A DNA stretch of 64,000 bases from an uncultured Rickettsiales bacterium (GCA_964518725.1 CAZFKP010000014.1:1066-65065), one strand, 5' to 3'. Shown: positions 39,043 to 51,347, counted from the stretch's first letter. A program made the numbers and translations. Notes: generated from the sequence alone by a model not told the origin.

Positions 39043-40305
39043 TTGGTGTATTACATAAAGTTTTGGTCATCGTACTGGAAAAACCTCGCGGAGCTTGCCG
39101 AAGGCTCTGCCCCCCCATCTGCCCCTGAAATCGCCCCCCCGCATTACAAGCCGCACCTCTCCCCCGAAGATAAATATTCCTACCTCACCGAATACGGCAC
39201 GCAAATCCTCTCCCTATTCGCCGCCGATGGCAGCTGCACTTACGTATCGCGCAATTTTGAAACCATCACCGGCCACGGCAAAGACGCCGCCGCCGGCCAT
39301 GGGTTTTACAACCTCATCGCCCCCGATGCCCGCGATCGCCTGCAGGAACTGATCCGCCTGCAGCATAGCAGCCCCACCCCGCAAATCATCCGCATGAAAC
39401 TCACCCACTCCAACCACAAACACCAATGGTACATGTTTATGCTGCATCCGAAAAAACATGCCGACCAACGTGAAATTGTCTGCGTGGTCGAAAACATCCA
39501 TGAAAACATCCTGACCCAGAACACGCTGCAGAAATCACGCATGGAAGCGGAGCTGGCTCTGCGCTCGCGCTCGGAATTCCTCGCCAATATGAGCCACGAC
39601 CTCCGCACGCCGCTCAACGCCGTCCTCGGCTTCGCCCAGATGATTACCAGCGAGGTGATCGGCAAAATCGACAACCCGCACTACATGGAATATGCCCGCC
39701 ATATCCAGGAAAGCGGTTATGATTTGCTCGCCAAAATCGAAGATTTGCTCGAAATCGCGAGCCTCGACGCCGGGCACGTGACGCTCGACCGCAGCGCCGT
39801 TCGCCTCGGCGACATATTGAAACAGGTGGTGGACGCGCAGGCGCACCACGCCCAGGGCAAGCGGCTGCGCCTCGTCTGCGATGCCACCAACAACCATACC
39901 GAGCTGCTGGTCGACCGCCTCAAAATCCAGCATATCCTCGGCCACCTCGTTTCCAACGCCGTCAAGCATTGCAAGCCGGGACAGCAGATCAACATCCGCA
40001 CCGGCAAAACCAAAGACGGGGGATTCAGGCTCCGCGTCGTCGATAACGGCAGCGGAATGGACGACATCCAACTTGGCCAGATCCGCAATGCGCTCCGAGA
40101 AAAAAGCTGCTGGACGTCAAAACACAGCCAGGGCATCGGCCTCGGACTAGCCCTCACCAAGGAATTCGTCGAGCTCCACGGCGGCGAGCTGGTGGTAGAA
40201 AGCGCCATCGGCAGCGGCACCACCGTCGATATCCTCCTGCCACGCGACTGTGTCATCGGCAACGTCTCCGCAAAAACAGATTACATCCGGCAATTGGTCA
40301 GCTAA
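39043..40305 (+). CDS. cytoplasmic PAS-domain sensor histidine kinase
   Basis: H-box FLANMSHDLRTPLN, N-box HLVSNAVKH, and G-boxes DNGSGM and GIGLGLALTKEFV. There is no TM segment. The TTG start (AGGGG 7 nt upstream) is uncertain. Confidence 0.85.
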   Translation: MVYYIKFWSSYWKNLAELAEGSAPPSAPEIAPPHYKPHLSPEDKYSYLTEYGTQILSLFAADGSCTYVSRNFETITGHGKDAAAGHGFYNLIAPDARDRLQELIRLQHSSPTPQIIRMKLTHSNHKHQWYMFMLHPKKHADQREIVCVVENIHENILTQNTLQKSRMEAELALRSRSEFLANMSHDLRTPLNAVLGFAQMITSEVIGKIDNPHYMEYARHIQESGYDLLAKIEDLLEIASLDAGHVTLDRSAVRLGDILKQVVDAQAHHAQGKRLRLVCDATNNHTELLVDRLKIQHILGHLVSNAVKHCKPGQQINIRTGKTKDGGFRLRVVDNGSGMDDIQLGQIRNALREKSCWTSKHSQGIGLGLALTKEFVELHGGELVVESAIGSGTTVDILLPRDCVIGNVSAKTDYIRQLVS

Positions 40306-40315
40306 TCTGGCCGGC

Positions 40316-40906
40316 ATGGACAAACCCAAAGCCGCCCGCGAGATCATCGCTGCCACCTTGCCGCACGTGCCGTTCGACGGCTGGACGATGCGCGCGCTGA
40401 ACCGCGGCGCCCACGACGCTGGCTATGCGAAAACCGATGTCATCCGCGTGTTCCCGGATGGGGCGATGCAGGCGGTGGAAACCTTCTTTGCGCTGTCCGA
40501 TACGGCGATGCAGGATACCCTGTCGGGCTACCACTTGGACAGCATGAAAATCCGCGAAAAAATTGCCCTCGCCGTCAGGTTGCGGCTGTCGGTGCATGAC
40601 GACCATAAGGAAGCGCTGCGCCGCGCCGTGGCACTCTCCACCCTGCCGTTCAACCTGCCCCGCGCTATGCACAGCACCTACCGCACCGTCGACAGCATCT
40701 GGCACGCTATCGGCGATGCCAGCACCGACTTCAATTTCTATAGCAAGCGCGCCACCCTCGCCGGAGTCTACGTTGCCACCGTCCATTATTGGACGCACGA
40801 TGCATCGGCAGGCCACCAGGCAAGTTGGGACTTCCTGGATCGCCGCATCGAGGATGTGATGAAAATCGAGAAATTAAAAGCGAAGCTCCGCAGCTACGTA
40901 GCATAA
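40316..40906 (+). CDS. COQ9-family protein (rpsU-divergently-transcribed protein family)
   Basis: MDKPKAAREIIAATLPHVPFDGWTMRAL.. and a helical C-domain resemble bacterial COQ9 homologues. Start taken at ATG 40316. Confidence 0.6.
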   Translation: MDKPKAAREIIAATLPHVPFDGWTMRALNRGAHDAGYAKTDVIRVFPDGAMQAVETFFALSDTAMQDTLSGYHLDSMKIREKIALAVRLRLSVHDDHKEALRRAVALSTLPFNLPRAMHSTYRTVDSIWHAIGDASTDFNFYSKRATLAGVYVATVHYWTHDASAGHQASWDFLDRRIEDVMKIEKLKAKLRSYVA

Positions 40907-41065
40907 AAATAAAGCCCCGATGAGAGCGTAAGCAGAGGCGCAAGTAGCTTGCAGAGTACCGAGCAGTACTAGGAAAGGCAAGGCGAGATGGAGGAGCGTA
41001 CAGCTAAGTACGTGACCGACAGCGAGTCCGCCGCCTGACGACGTAATGCGACGGTAATATGCAAG

Positions 41066-41875
41066 CTACTCCGTCGCGTCGCGCAGCTCCGCCCGCGTCG
41101 AGAACACCACCACATCGTCAAACTCATTGAGCGGATCCGCGGGATCGGGTTTCGGGTCGCCCTGCACAAATGCATCCAGGTCAGAAGTGCCGTTCCCCGC
41201 ACCGGTCGAGAAACATTTGCAGTTGAGCAGCTCGTTGATGTTGGTAATGCCGCCATTGATCGACGAGCCGAGGGATGCGGTGCTGCCAAGCGCACCGGCA
41301 CGTGCGCCGTGCCCGTTCCTGCCATAGCTCACCAGCACAAAAGCAACCGTGCTGGAAAGCGTCGCACCACTGTCGTTATTGGTCACGGTAATCAGCGCAG
41401 TCGTTGAACCAGGAGTCGCCGCCGCATCATCAAACGAATCGCTGACAATAAACGGATTGGCCACCGCATAGCGGATCCGCCGCCCCCAGCCATCCACCCC
41501 CATCTCATCGGGCAGCCCGAGTGTGCGTATCGGCACCATGCCCACCGCCGCCGTCCCATCCGCCAGATCCGCCGCCGGGCTACCGCCGATACAATCCACC
41601 GACGTCGAGGCAATGCCAAAGCCGTTACTACTCGCCGCCGTCGTCGAGTTCGCAGGGCACGGCAACATGTTATAGGCAATGCGGTAGTCATAGAGCGCCT
41701 GCTGCAGCACCTTCAGCTTCGCCACCGTCGCGTTGTAGGCGCGCCCTTCGAGTGCGGCAGAAGTCAGGGTAATGATGCCGCCGAGGATCGTCGCGATCAC
41801 CGCCAACACTACCGACAGCTCAAGGAGGGTGAAGCCGAAGATACCAGTTAGGCGGTGCTTGGTGCTCGGTTTCAT
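41066..41875 (-). CDS. prepilin-type N-terminal cleavage/methylation domain protein (pseudopilin/pilin-like)
   Basis: MKPSTKHRLTGIFG|FTLLELSVVLAVIATILGGII is a canonical class III signal with Glu5. The C-domain is unassigned and carries Cys pairs. Confidence 0.85.
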   Translation of the reverse strand: MKPSTKHRLTGIFGFTLLELSVVLAVIATILGGIITLTSAALEGRAYNATVAKLKVLQQALYDYRIAYNMLPCPANSTTAASSNGFGIASTSVDCIGGSPAADLADGTAAVGMVPIRTLGLPDEMGVDGWGRRIRYAVANPFIVSDSFDDAAATPGSTTALITVTNNDSGATLSSTVAFVLVSYGRNGHGARAGALGSTASLGSSINGGITNINELLNCKCFSTGAGNGTSDLDAFVQGDPKPDPADPLNEFDDVVVFSTRAELRDATE

Positions 41876-41880
41876 GCCAT

Positions 41881-43275
41881 CTACATGTGGATGACTTTGC
41901 CGAAGGCATCGAGCACTGATTCATGCATCATTTCTGACAGTGTCGGGTGCGGGAAGATGGTGTGCATCAGCTCGCCTTCGGTGAGCTCGCCTTGTTTGGC
42001 GATGACATAGCCTTGAATCATCTCGGTCACTTCCGCGCCGATCATATGCGCGCCGAGCAGCTCGCCAGTTTTCGCATGGAAAATGGTTTTGATGAGGCCT
42101 TCCGGTTCACCGAGCGCAATCGCCTTGCCATTGCCCATGAACGGGAAACGCCCAACTTTGATATTTTCCTTTTTGTATTTTTCCGTGGCCGCTTTTTCGG
42201 TAAGCCCCACGCTCGCCACCTGCGGATGCGCGTAAGTGCAGCCAGGGATATTTTCTTTTTTCATCGGATGCACGCCTTTGACGCCGGCGATTTTTTCGAC
42301 GCAGACAACGCCCTCATGCGATGCTTTGTGTGCGAGCCACGGCGCGCCCGTCACGTCACCGATAGCATACACGCCCGGCTCGGCAGTCGCTCCATAGCCA
42401 TCGGTCACGATGTGGTTACGTTCCACTTTTACCTTGGTGTTTTCCAGGCCAAGATTTTCCGAATTGCCGACGATGCCCACCGCCATAATCACGCGGTCGG
42501 CCGTGATGTCCGAGGACTTGCCGCCCTGCTCCACCGTTGCCGTTACATTGTCTTTGCCCTTCTTCAAGGCTTTCACCGTCGCACCGGTGATGATGGTCAT
42601 ACCCTGTTTCTCAAATGCCTTCTGCGCCATTTTGCTGATCTCTTCATCCTCGACCGGCAACACACGATCCAGCACCTCAACCACGGTGACCGCAGCGCCC
42701 ATGGAACGGTAGAAACTTGCGAACTCAATGCCAATCGCGCCGCTGCCCACCACGAGCAACGACTTCGGCATCGCCTCCGGCACCATCGCCTCTTTATATG
42801 TCCAGATTAACTTGCCATCCGACTCCAGCCCCGGAAGCTGGCGCGCACGCGCACCAGTGGCGATGATGATATGTTTCGCCGCCAACGTTTCCTTGCCATC
42901 CACCGAAAGCTTGCCCTTACCCAGCAGCTTCGCACTACCCATAAATACGGTGACTTTATTTTTCTTCATCAGATGGCCGATGCCTTTGGAAAGCTGCGAG
43001 GCCACGCCACGCGAACGCTCCACCACTTTTTTAATGTCGAACGAAATTTTTTCTGCCTTTAAACCGAACTCATCCGCACGGTGCATGAGGTGGTAGAGTT
43101 CGCTTGTACGCAGCAGCGCCTTAGTCGGAATGCAGCCCCAGTTAAGGCAAATGCCGCCCAGATGCTCGCGCTCGATTAGCGCCACTTTCATGCCGAGCTG
43201 CGACGCCCTGATCGCCGCCACATAGCCACCGGGCCCGCCGCCAATTACTACTACGTCAAAGCTTTGTTCGGTCAT
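41881..43275 (-). CDS. lpdA: dihydrolipoyl dehydrogenase
   Basis: GGGPGGYVAAIRA FAD motif, redox disulfide GGICLNWGCIPTK, and C-terminal HPTLSE. Confidence 0.96.
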   Translation of the reverse strand: MTEQSFDVVVIGGGPGGYVAAIRASQLGMKVALIEREHLGGICLNWGCIPTKALLRTSELYHLMHRADEFGLKAEKISFDIKKVVERSRGVASQLSKGIGHLMKKNKVTVFMGSAKLLGKGKLSVDGKETLAAKHIIIATGARARQLPGLESDGKLIWTYKEAMVPEAMPKSLLVVGSGAIGIEFASFYRSMGAAVTVVEVLDRVLPVEDEEISKMAQKAFEKQGMTIITGATVKALKKGKDNVTATVEQGGKSSDITADRVIMAVGIVGNSENLGLENTKVKVERNHIVTDGYGATAEPGVYAIGDVTGAPWLAHKASHEGVVCVEKIAGVKGVHPMKKENIPGCTYAHPQVASVGLTEKAATEKYKKENIKVGRFPFMGNGKAIALGEPEGLIKTIFHAKTGELLGAHMIGAEVTEMIQGYVIAKQGELTEGELMHTIFPHPTLSEMMHESVLDAFGKVIHM

Positions 43276-43290
43276 GGTTCTTCCCTTCTA

Positions 43291-44870
<1,580 letters not shown>

Positions 44871-44939
44871 AAAACTGGCCTAACGATGCACCTTGGTATA
44901 TACTACTTACAACGTTGCTTCGCAAATTGGATTAAACCT

Positions 44940-45371
44940 ATGCCACGCACGACAAGTTATTTCACCAGCTCCCCTAAACCCGTCGCCACACAAAAGGCGT
45001 TCGAGCAGTGCCTCCTTGAACTGGAGAATATCTGCATTGAGCTGAAAGACGGCCAGTTCACCCACGGCAAGGAAGATATCGACCGGCTGTACTGGCAGCA
45101 GAAACTGAAAAACCTCGCCATGCCCATCTCGCTTGCACTCGCGGAATATAAGGGGCCGCGGGTCTTCCACCACCATTATAAGCATAAAGATGAGGACGGC
45201 GAAGTGTTGACGCCCGTGCTGGAATCCGCGCTCGAGAATTTAGTTATGGTTTGCGAACGCGCGCTGCATGAATGCGAAAACTTAAACGGCATGAAGGGCA
45301 GCAAATTGCTCGAAGAAAAGAATATGCTCTGCCGCGCACTGCGGCAATTGCTCGCCGCTAACCCTGCTTAA
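44940..45371 (+). CDS. hypothetical cytoplasmic helical protein
   Basis: Track ORF is 44886..45371. Start taken at ATG 44940. No domain recognised. Its 3' end overlaps kdsA by 14 nt (convergent). Confidence 0.5.
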   Translation: MPRTTSYFTSSPKPVATQKAFEQCLLELENICIELKDGQFTHGKEDIDRLYWQQKLKNLAMPISLALAEYKGPRVFHHHYKHKDEDGEVLTPVLESALENLVMVCERALHECENLNGMKGSKLLEEKNMLCRALRQLLAANPA

Positions 45372-46191
45372 CCAGCGAATCGATCGCCTGTAAGCGCGCA
45401 AGCAGGGCTTCCATATCCTCTAGCTTCACCATATTCGGCCCGTCGGAAGGTGCGTTATCAGGGTCTTGGTGGGTTTCCATGAAGACACCGGCCACACCCA
45501 CCGCAATCGCGGCTTTCGCCATGGTAGGCACAAAGCGGCGGTCACCACCGGAAGATTTTCCTTGCCCGCCGGGCTGCTGCACCGAGTGCGTCGCATCCAT
45601 CACCACCGGGCATCCCGTCTCCGCCATGATCGGAAAGGAGCGCATGTCGGTGACCAAGGTATTATAACCAAAGCTCGCCCCACGCTCGGTGAGGATGACA
45701 TTCGGGTTGCCCGACGCATCCATTTTCTCCACCACGTTTTTCATATCCCACGGCGCCAGGAACTGACCCTTTTTGATATTAATCACTGCGCCGGTTTTAG
45801 CAGCGGCAACGAGCAAATCGGTCTGGCGGCAGAGGAACGCCGGGATTTGCAGCACGTCGGCATGTTTGGCCACAATCGCACATTGCTCTTCATTATGAAT
45901 ATCGGTGAGCACCGGCAGGTTCATGTCACGGCGGATCTCATCGAAAATCGGCAGGGTTTTTTCCAACCCCATCCCGCGCTTGCCACCTAAACTGGTGCGG
46001 TTGGCCTTGTCGAACGAGGATTTATAAATAAACGGAATGCCAAGCTTGGTCGTGATTTTTGTAAGCGCTTCCGCCATCATCAGCGTGTGGTCACGCGATT
46101 CAACCTGGCACGGCCCCGCAATCAGCACAAACGGCAGGTCGTTGCCGAATGTGATATTCTTTCCAACTTTAATATGACGAATGTTTGTCAT
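45358..46191 (-). CDS. kdsA: 3-deoxy-8-phosphooctulonate synthase
   Basis: 277 aa with a KdsA signature throughout ([26 protein letters not shown]). Confidence 0.96.
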   Translation of the reverse strand: MTNIRHIKVGKNITFGNDLPFVLIAGPCQVESRDHTLMMAEALTKITTKLGIPFIYKSSFDKANRTSLGGKRGMGLEKTLPIFDEIRRDMNLPVLTDIHNEEQCAIVAKHADVLQIPAFLCRQTDLLVAAAKTGAVINIKKGQFLAPWDMKNVVEKMDASGNPNVILTERGASFGYNTLVTDMRSFPIMAETGCPVVMDATHSVQQPGGQGKSSGGDRRFVPTMAKAAIAVGVAGVFMETHQDPDNAPSDGPNMVKLEDMEALLARLQAIDSLVKQG

Positions 46192-47846
46192 GCCGCTTTC
46201 TTCTTTTTTTCGCTTTTAGTGATGGCCGCTTTCACGAAACTTGCAAAGAGTGGGTGCGGGGCAAACGGACGGGATTTCAGTTCGGGGTGGAACTGCACGC
46301 CCACGAACCACGGATGGTCTTTCAACTCGGCAATTTCCGGAAGCTGCCCATCCGGCGAGAGGCCGGAGAAAACGAGGCCGGATTTTTCAAAGTCCTCGCG
46401 GTACGCCATATTAACCTCATAACGATGGCGATGGCGTTCGCTAATATGGGTGCTGCCATAAATCTCGGAGGCAAGCGTGCTTTTCGCAATGTCGCACTCA
46501 TAGCTACCCAAGCGCATGGTGCCGCCAAGATCGCCGTCTTTCGAGCGTTTCTCGAGCGTGTTCCCGCGCGCCCATTCGGTCATGATGCCCACGAGTCCGC
46601 CGCGCGGATCGCTGGTGGTTTGCATGCCGAATTCACTCGATGTTGCATCCTTGATGCCAAGCACATTGCGCGCATGTTCGATCACCGCCAATTGCATGCC
46701 GAAGCAGATGCCGAGGTAAGGCTTGCCGGATTCCCGCGCATAGCGAATGGCCGCTATTTTGCCGTCCACGCCGCGCTCGCCGAAGCCGCCGGGCACGAGA
46801 ATGGCATCCACATCCGCCAACTGCTTGGCGACATCGCCCTTTTCAAAACCACCCGCATCGATCCAGCGTGTATTGACTTTCACCTGGTTAGCAATGCCCG
46901 CATGGTCGAGCGCTTCCGAGAGGGATTTATAGGCGTCGCCGATACCGGTATATTTCCCAACCAGCGCCACCGTCACTTCACCCTTCGGATGCTGCACGCG
47001 CTCCAGAATATCATCCCACTTCGCAAGGTTGGGCTTGCCTTTATTTTCAATACCAAAATGTTTGAGTACCTGCGTATCGAACCCCTGTTCGCTGTAACGG
47101 CGCGGCACTTCATAAATCGACGACACATCCAGCCCCTGAATCACATTTTCTTCACGGATGTTACAGAAGAGTGCAATCTTGCGGCGCTCGGAAAGCGGGA
47201 TTTCGCGCTCAGCGCGGCAGAGTAAAATATCCGGCTGGATACCAATCATTCGCAGTTCTTTCACGCTATGTTGCGTCGGTTTGGTTTTCAGTTCTTTTGC
47301 AGCTGCAATGTAGGGTACAAGGGTCAGGTGCACATACATGACGCGCTCTTTGCCGAGCTCCCAGCCAAGCTGACGAATCGCTTCCAGGAACGGTTGGCCT
47401 TCAATATCGCCCACCGTACCTCCGATTTCGCAGAGCACGAAATCTTCGCCGTCCGTATCACGCAAAATAAATTCCTTGATGAGGTCGGTCACGTGCGGAA
47501 TCACCTGCACCGTGCCGCCCAGATAATCGCCGCGGCGCTCCTTGGTAAGCAGCGTCGAATAAATCTGGCCGGATGAAACCGAGTCGGAGCGGCGCGCACT
47601 CACATCGGTGAAACGCTCATAATGGCCAAGATCGAGATCGGTTTCCGCACCATCGTCGGTGACGAACACCTCGCCGTGCTGAGTGGGATTCATCGTGCCG
47701 GGATCGACGTTCAAATAGGGGTCAAGCTTCCGCAGGCGCACCTTGTAGCCACGCGCCTGCAAGAGCGCACCGAGCGAAGCGGATGCGAGCCCTTTTCCTA
47801 AAGAACTGACCACCCCGCCGGTAATGAAGATAAAACGTGTTGGCAT
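46188..47846 (-). CDS. pyrG: CTP synthase
   Basis: 552 aa with [10 protein letters not shown] and glutaminase GICFGMQ motifs. 4-nt overlap with kdsA. Confidence 0.98.
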   Translation of the reverse strand: MPTRFIFITGGVVSSLGKGLASASLGALLQARGYKVRLRKLDPYLNVDPGTMNPTQHGEVFVTDDGAETDLDLGHYERFTDVSARRSDSVSSGQIYSTLLTKERRGDYLGGTVQVIPHVTDLIKEFILRDTDGEDFVLCEIGGTVGDIEGQPFLEAIRQLGWELGKERVMYVHLTLVPYIAAAKELKTKPTQHSVKELRMIGIQPDILLCRAEREIPLSERRKIALFCNIREENVIQGLDVSSIYEVPRRYSEQGFDTQVLKHFGIENKGKPNLAKWDDILERVQHPKGEVTVALVGKYTGIGDAYKSLSEALDHAGIANQVKVNTRWIDAGGFEKGDVAKQLADVDAILVPGGFGERGVDGKIAAIRYARESGKPYLGICFGMQLAVIEHARNVLGIKDATSSEFGMQTTSDPRGGLVGIMTEWARGNTLEKRSKDGDLGGTMRLGSYECDIAKSTLASEIYGSTHISERHRHRYEVNMAYREDFEKSGLVFSGLSPDGQLPEIAELKDHPWFVGVQFHPELKSRPFAPHPLFASFVKAAITKSEKKKKAA

Positions 47847-47913
47847 AAATTTGTTTCCTGCCGCCGTTTATAGCCGCAATATCCAATGTGGCAAGTATTA
47901 CGTGGCGCCTAAT

Positions 47914-48327
47914 TTATAAGATAGAAGCGCCAGCCCCCGGCGACGTACCAACCGACGGAGCCATTAGCTGCCCCAGCAATGCCTTCAACGGCTTCGCAGA
48001 CAGCTTGCCACAAAAGCCGGAAATCAGCCCATCTTCCTGCATCCTGGTGAATTCTGCAATACCATCCGATGTCGTAACCAGTACAAACGGCATGCTGTTA
48101 CTGTTCTGTTTGAGCCAACGAGCAATATCCGTTCCCAGCTCAACGCCCCGTAAATGGTAGTCGCTTACCACCATGCCAACGCCGTGCTCCGGTTGCTGCA
48201 AGAGCGCCAGCGCTTCCGCCGCCGATGCGACCGACACGACATCATAGCCCCACTCCTGGAGATGTTCAGTGAGCGCAGCAAGAAGTGCGGGCTGGTCGTC
48301 CACTAAAAGAACTTTACCCGCCGCCAT
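47914..48327 (-). CDS. single-domain (REC-only) response regulator
   Basis: Track ORF is 47914..48414. I prefer MAAGKVLLVDDQPALL (ATG 48327), 1 nt after the secG stop. Receiver residues are present: DD, phospho-acceptor in MVVSDYHL, LVTTS, and K in SAKP. Confidence 0.8.
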   Translation of the reverse strand: MAAGKVLLVDDQPALLAALTEHLQEWGYDVVSVASAAEALALLQQPEHGVGMVVSDYHLRGVELGTDIARWLKQNSNSMPFVLVTTSDGIAEFTRMQEDGLISGFCGKLSAKPLKALLGQLMAPSVGTSPGAGASIL

Positions 48328-48328
48328 G

Positions 48329-48652
48329 CTATTCGCTCTTCGGCACGACCGGTTCCGCAGGCGTTGCCGGCGCCTCTGCCGGTGCGGCAGGCTGCTCGAC
48401 AATGCTGTCGACAACCGAGGATTTGGTCATGTGCCCGGCCATAATGGCAAGAATGAGGCTTGTGGTCATGAACAGCGCTGCGAGGATAGCCGTGGCACGG
48501 GTCATCAAATTGCCCTTGGCGCGGCCGGTCATGAACTGGTTGCCGCCGCCGCCGAGGCCGGACAGGCCATCGGAATCGGTGCGCTGGATCAGCACCATGA
48601 CAATCAAAAACAACACCAGAATCGTGTGGGCTACCAATAATACTGTATACAT
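48329..48652 (-). CDS. secG: preprotein translocase subunit SecG
   Basis: 107 aa with two TM helices and the Gly-rich loop LIQRTDSDGLSGLGGGG. Confidence 0.9.
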   Translation of the reverse strand: MYTVLLVAHTILVLFLIVMVLIQRTDSDGLSGLGGGGNQFMTGRAKGNLMTRATAILAALFMTTSLILAIMAGHMTKSSVVDSIVEQPAAPAEAPATPAEPVVPKSE

Positions 48653-48670
48653 AATCGCTTCCTTGGTTTC

Positions 48671-49387
48671 TTACTTTGCCGCGGCAAGGATGCCGCAAAA
48701 TTCTTCAACGTCAAGGCTTGCGCCCCCCACCAGCACGCCGGCAACACCCGGAACCGACAGTATTTCCGATGCATTCGCCGCCTTGACCGACCCGCCATAC
48801 AACACGGCAACCCCTGAAAGGAGCGCCTGTATTTGCTGGTGCATCTGTTCGATATCCGCGCTGCTGGGCACGTTGCCAGAACCAATAGCCCAAACCGGCT
48901 CGTATGCAAGCAGAAACTGGCCGGTCGCCGGCACGCATTCCCGCACCTGCTGGGTGACATAACGGGCGGCAAGCCCCGCATCGCGCTGGGCACGCTGCTC
49001 GCCGACACAAATAATAGGAACCAATCCCGCCCCAATCGCGGCTTCCGCCTTGGCCTTCACCGTTTCGTTCAACTCTTTATACTGCGCCCGGCGCTCGGAA
49101 TGGCCGACAATCACATAGCGGCAACCGGCCTCGGCAAGCATGCCGGCGCTCACATCCCCCGTATAGGCACCCCCGGCATGCGGGCTGCAATCCTGCGCGC
49201 CCAACGCCAGGAACGAACCGCGTATCCCCGCCGCCACGTGCGGCAGCAGCACCGAAGGCGGGCACAGGATAACTTCGCCGGCAAGCCTGTGCGCGGCCGC
49301 AAACGACGCCACCGCCGGCACCAGCCGGTCGGCCATCGCCCGCGATCCGTTCATTTTCCAGTTTGCTGCAACAATCGGCGCCATCAT
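48671..49387 (-). CDS. tpiA: triose-phosphate isomerase
   Basis: Track ORF is 48671..49654. The homologous part starts at MMAPIVAANWKMNG (ATG 49387). VGHSERR and AYEPVWAIGSG motifs are present. Confidence 0.95.
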   Translation of the reverse strand: MMAPIVAANWKMNGSRAMADRLVPAVASFAAAHRLAGEVILCPPSVLLPHVAAGIRGSFLALGAQDCSPHAGGAYTGDVSAGMLAEAGCRYVIVGHSERRAQYKELNETVKAKAEAAIGAGLVPIICVGEQRAQRDAGLAARYVTQQVRECVPATGQFLLAYEPVWAIGSGNVPSSADIEQMHQQIQALLSGVAVLYGGSVKAANASEILSVPGVAGVLVGGASLDVEEFCGILAAAK

Positions 49388-49433
49388 CAAAAAACCTTTT
49401 ACATTCTTTATCCGTAATGTAAACCAATCCCTT

Positions 49434-51347
49434 ATGTTGAATCGCTTTAGCGCCTTCTCCGGAAGCATCGTTACCAAAATCCTGATGGTACTGCTCATCG
49501 CCAGCTTCGCGCTGTGGGGCATTGGCGATATGCTTGGCCGCAGCTCCGGCAACCATACGCTGGCAACTGTTGGAAATAAAACCATTTCTGTCGATGCATA
49601 CCGCCGCGAACTGGCCGCCGAAAGCGAACAGGTGCGCCGCCAGCTCGGCGCCAACTATTCTCCCGAACTGCTTAAGCGCCTGAATGTCCCGCAATTCGTG
49701 CTCCAGCGCATGGTGCAAGAATCGCTGCTGCAACAGGAAGCCGAGCGGATGGGCTTTATCCCCGACGACACCACAGTAGCGCTCGAAATACGGAAAACTC
49801 CCGCCTTCATCAACGGCTCCGGCGTGTTCGACAAGGCACGCTTTGAAAACACCCTGCGTACCCAGGGAATGTCGGAAAAGGCCTATGTCGAAAAACTGCG
49901 TATGCAACTCGCCACCGACAAGCTGCTGAACGCACTGGCTGTCGATCTCCCGATCGGCAGCAAAATGCTTGCAACCCTGCAGGGCGCGCATGACCAGGGA
50001 CGCACTGTGACCCTCTACAGGATTTCAGGCGCGGCGCTTCCGCCCATTGCCGCCCCCACAGAGGACGACCTCGTCCGTTTCCATAAACAGTATGCCGATC
50101 TGTTCACCCAGCCGGAAACCCGCACCGTGAGTTTTGCGCGCTTCACCGCCAGCGAGAGCAAAGCTCCGGCAACGATCAGCACAGAGGCAATTGAAAGTTA
50201 TTACCATGACCACGCGGATCAATTCCAGACCCAAGAGAAACGCGATGTTGAGCAACTGCTCTATAGCAGCGAGGAAAAAGCACGCGATGCCCACAAACAG
50301 TTGAAACTCGGCACCGACTTCGACGAGGTAGCCAAAACCACAGCGCCTATCAATAAAAATACGCTGTCACTTGGGCTGGTCGACAAGCGCGAGCTACTGG
50401 AAAACGCAGCGGAAGAGATTTTTCACCTGAAAGCAAGCGAATTCACCGCACCGGTAAAAAGTGCCTTCGGCTGGCATATTTTCCGCGTTAACAGCATTGA
50501 ACCGGCAGGCGTGCAGCCGCTAGACAAAGTGCGCGCTGCCATCGAAGCCCAACTTAAACGCGCCACCAGCGAAAATGCGCTGACCGATACGATCAACCAG
50601 ATCGAAGATGCGCTGGCCGGCGGCAGCACAATGAAAGAAGCCGCCGCCGCCGTCGGGCTTTCGGTTGAACAGGCCGGCACGTTCGACAAGAACGGCAACA
50701 CCCCTCAAGGCACCGCCAACAAAACAATCCCTGACCTTGACCGTTTTATCGACATCGCCTTTAAAACCGACGAAAAAACCGAATCTTCGGTCATGACGTC
50801 CAAGGGCGGCACCTATTACGTATTGCGGGTGGACGCGCTGACGCCGGAAAAACTCCGCCCCTTGAGCGACGTGCGGGCAGAGGTGACTGCGGCCTACCTC
50901 CGCAAACAGCAGGAGCAGGCGATGGCAAACCTCGCGAGCATGGTGGAAAAAGAACTGGCGACCGGCAAGCCCGCCAAAGACATCATCACCGCGCACAAAC
51001 TTCCGGTTGCAGCAAGCGGCACGGTCAACCGGTCGAAACCGCTGCTTGGCGACACCGCCCTGCCCCCCTCGCTGCTGAACAGCGTATTTTCCCAGAATGT
51101 CGGCACATTGACAACGCCGGTGCGCGACAAATACGGTGACTACCTGCTCGCGAACATTACCGGCCTGGCGCCCGCCGCAGGGAATAGTGCAAGCGACTCC
51201 GCAAGCAGCAAAAAGCAGCTGATCCAAACGATGCAGGAAGAAATAATGACGCAATATATGCGCCACCTGGAAAGCCGCTACCCAGTCGATGTGCGTCAGG
51301 AAATCGTCGACCGCCTGCTGCAGGACACGAACGATGTTACCCGTTAA
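49434..51347 (+). CDS. ppiD: PpiD-like periplasmic chaperone / peptidyl-prolyl isomerase (SurA-N + parvulin)
   Basis: N-terminal TM anchor, SurA_N-like region, and parvulin core KSAFGWHIFRV. The position between tpiA and trpE is typical of alphaproteobacteria. Confidence 0.8.
   Translation: MLNRFSAFSGSIVTKILMVLLIASFALWGIGDMLGRSSGNHTLATVGNKTISVDAYRRELAAESEQVRRQLGANYSPELLKRLNVPQFVLQRMVQESLLQQEAERMGFIPDDTTVALEIRKTPAFINGSGVFDKARFENTLRTQGMSEKAYVEKLRMQLATDKLLNALAVDLPIGSKMLATLQGAHDQGRTVTLYRISGAALPPIAAPTEDDLVRFHKQYADLFTQPETRTVSFARFTASESKAPATISTEAIESYYHDHADQFQTQEKRDVEQLLYSSEEKARDAHKQLKLGTDFDEVAKTTAPINKNTLSLGLVDKRELLENAAEEIFHLKASEFTAPVKSAFGWHIFRVNSIEPAGVQPLDKVRAAIEAQLKRATSENALTDTINQIEDALAGGSTMKEAAAAVGLSVEQAGTFDKNGNTPQGTANKTIPDLDRFIDIAFKTDEKTESSVMTSKGGTYYVLRVDALTPEKLRPLSDVRAEVTAAYLRKQQEQAMANLASMVEKELATGKPAKDIITAHKLPVAASGTVNRSKPLLGDTALPPSLLNSVFSQNVGTLTTPVRDKYGDYLLANITGLAPAAGNSASDSASSKKQLIQTMQEEIMTQYMRHLESRYPVDVRQEIVDRLLQDTNDVTR

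Noticed and set aside
40907-41065. Purine-rich 159-nt spacer between the COQ9-like and pilin genes with three short hairpins (GCAAG-tag-CTTGC, AGTAC-cgagc-a-GTACT, CGTAC-agctaa-GTACG). It shares the 8-mer AGCGTAAG with the dnaK-dnaJ spacer.
   Set aside because: The stems are only 5 bp. A shared 8-mer is expected by chance in 128 kb of two-strand sequence. There is no terminator-like U-tract.
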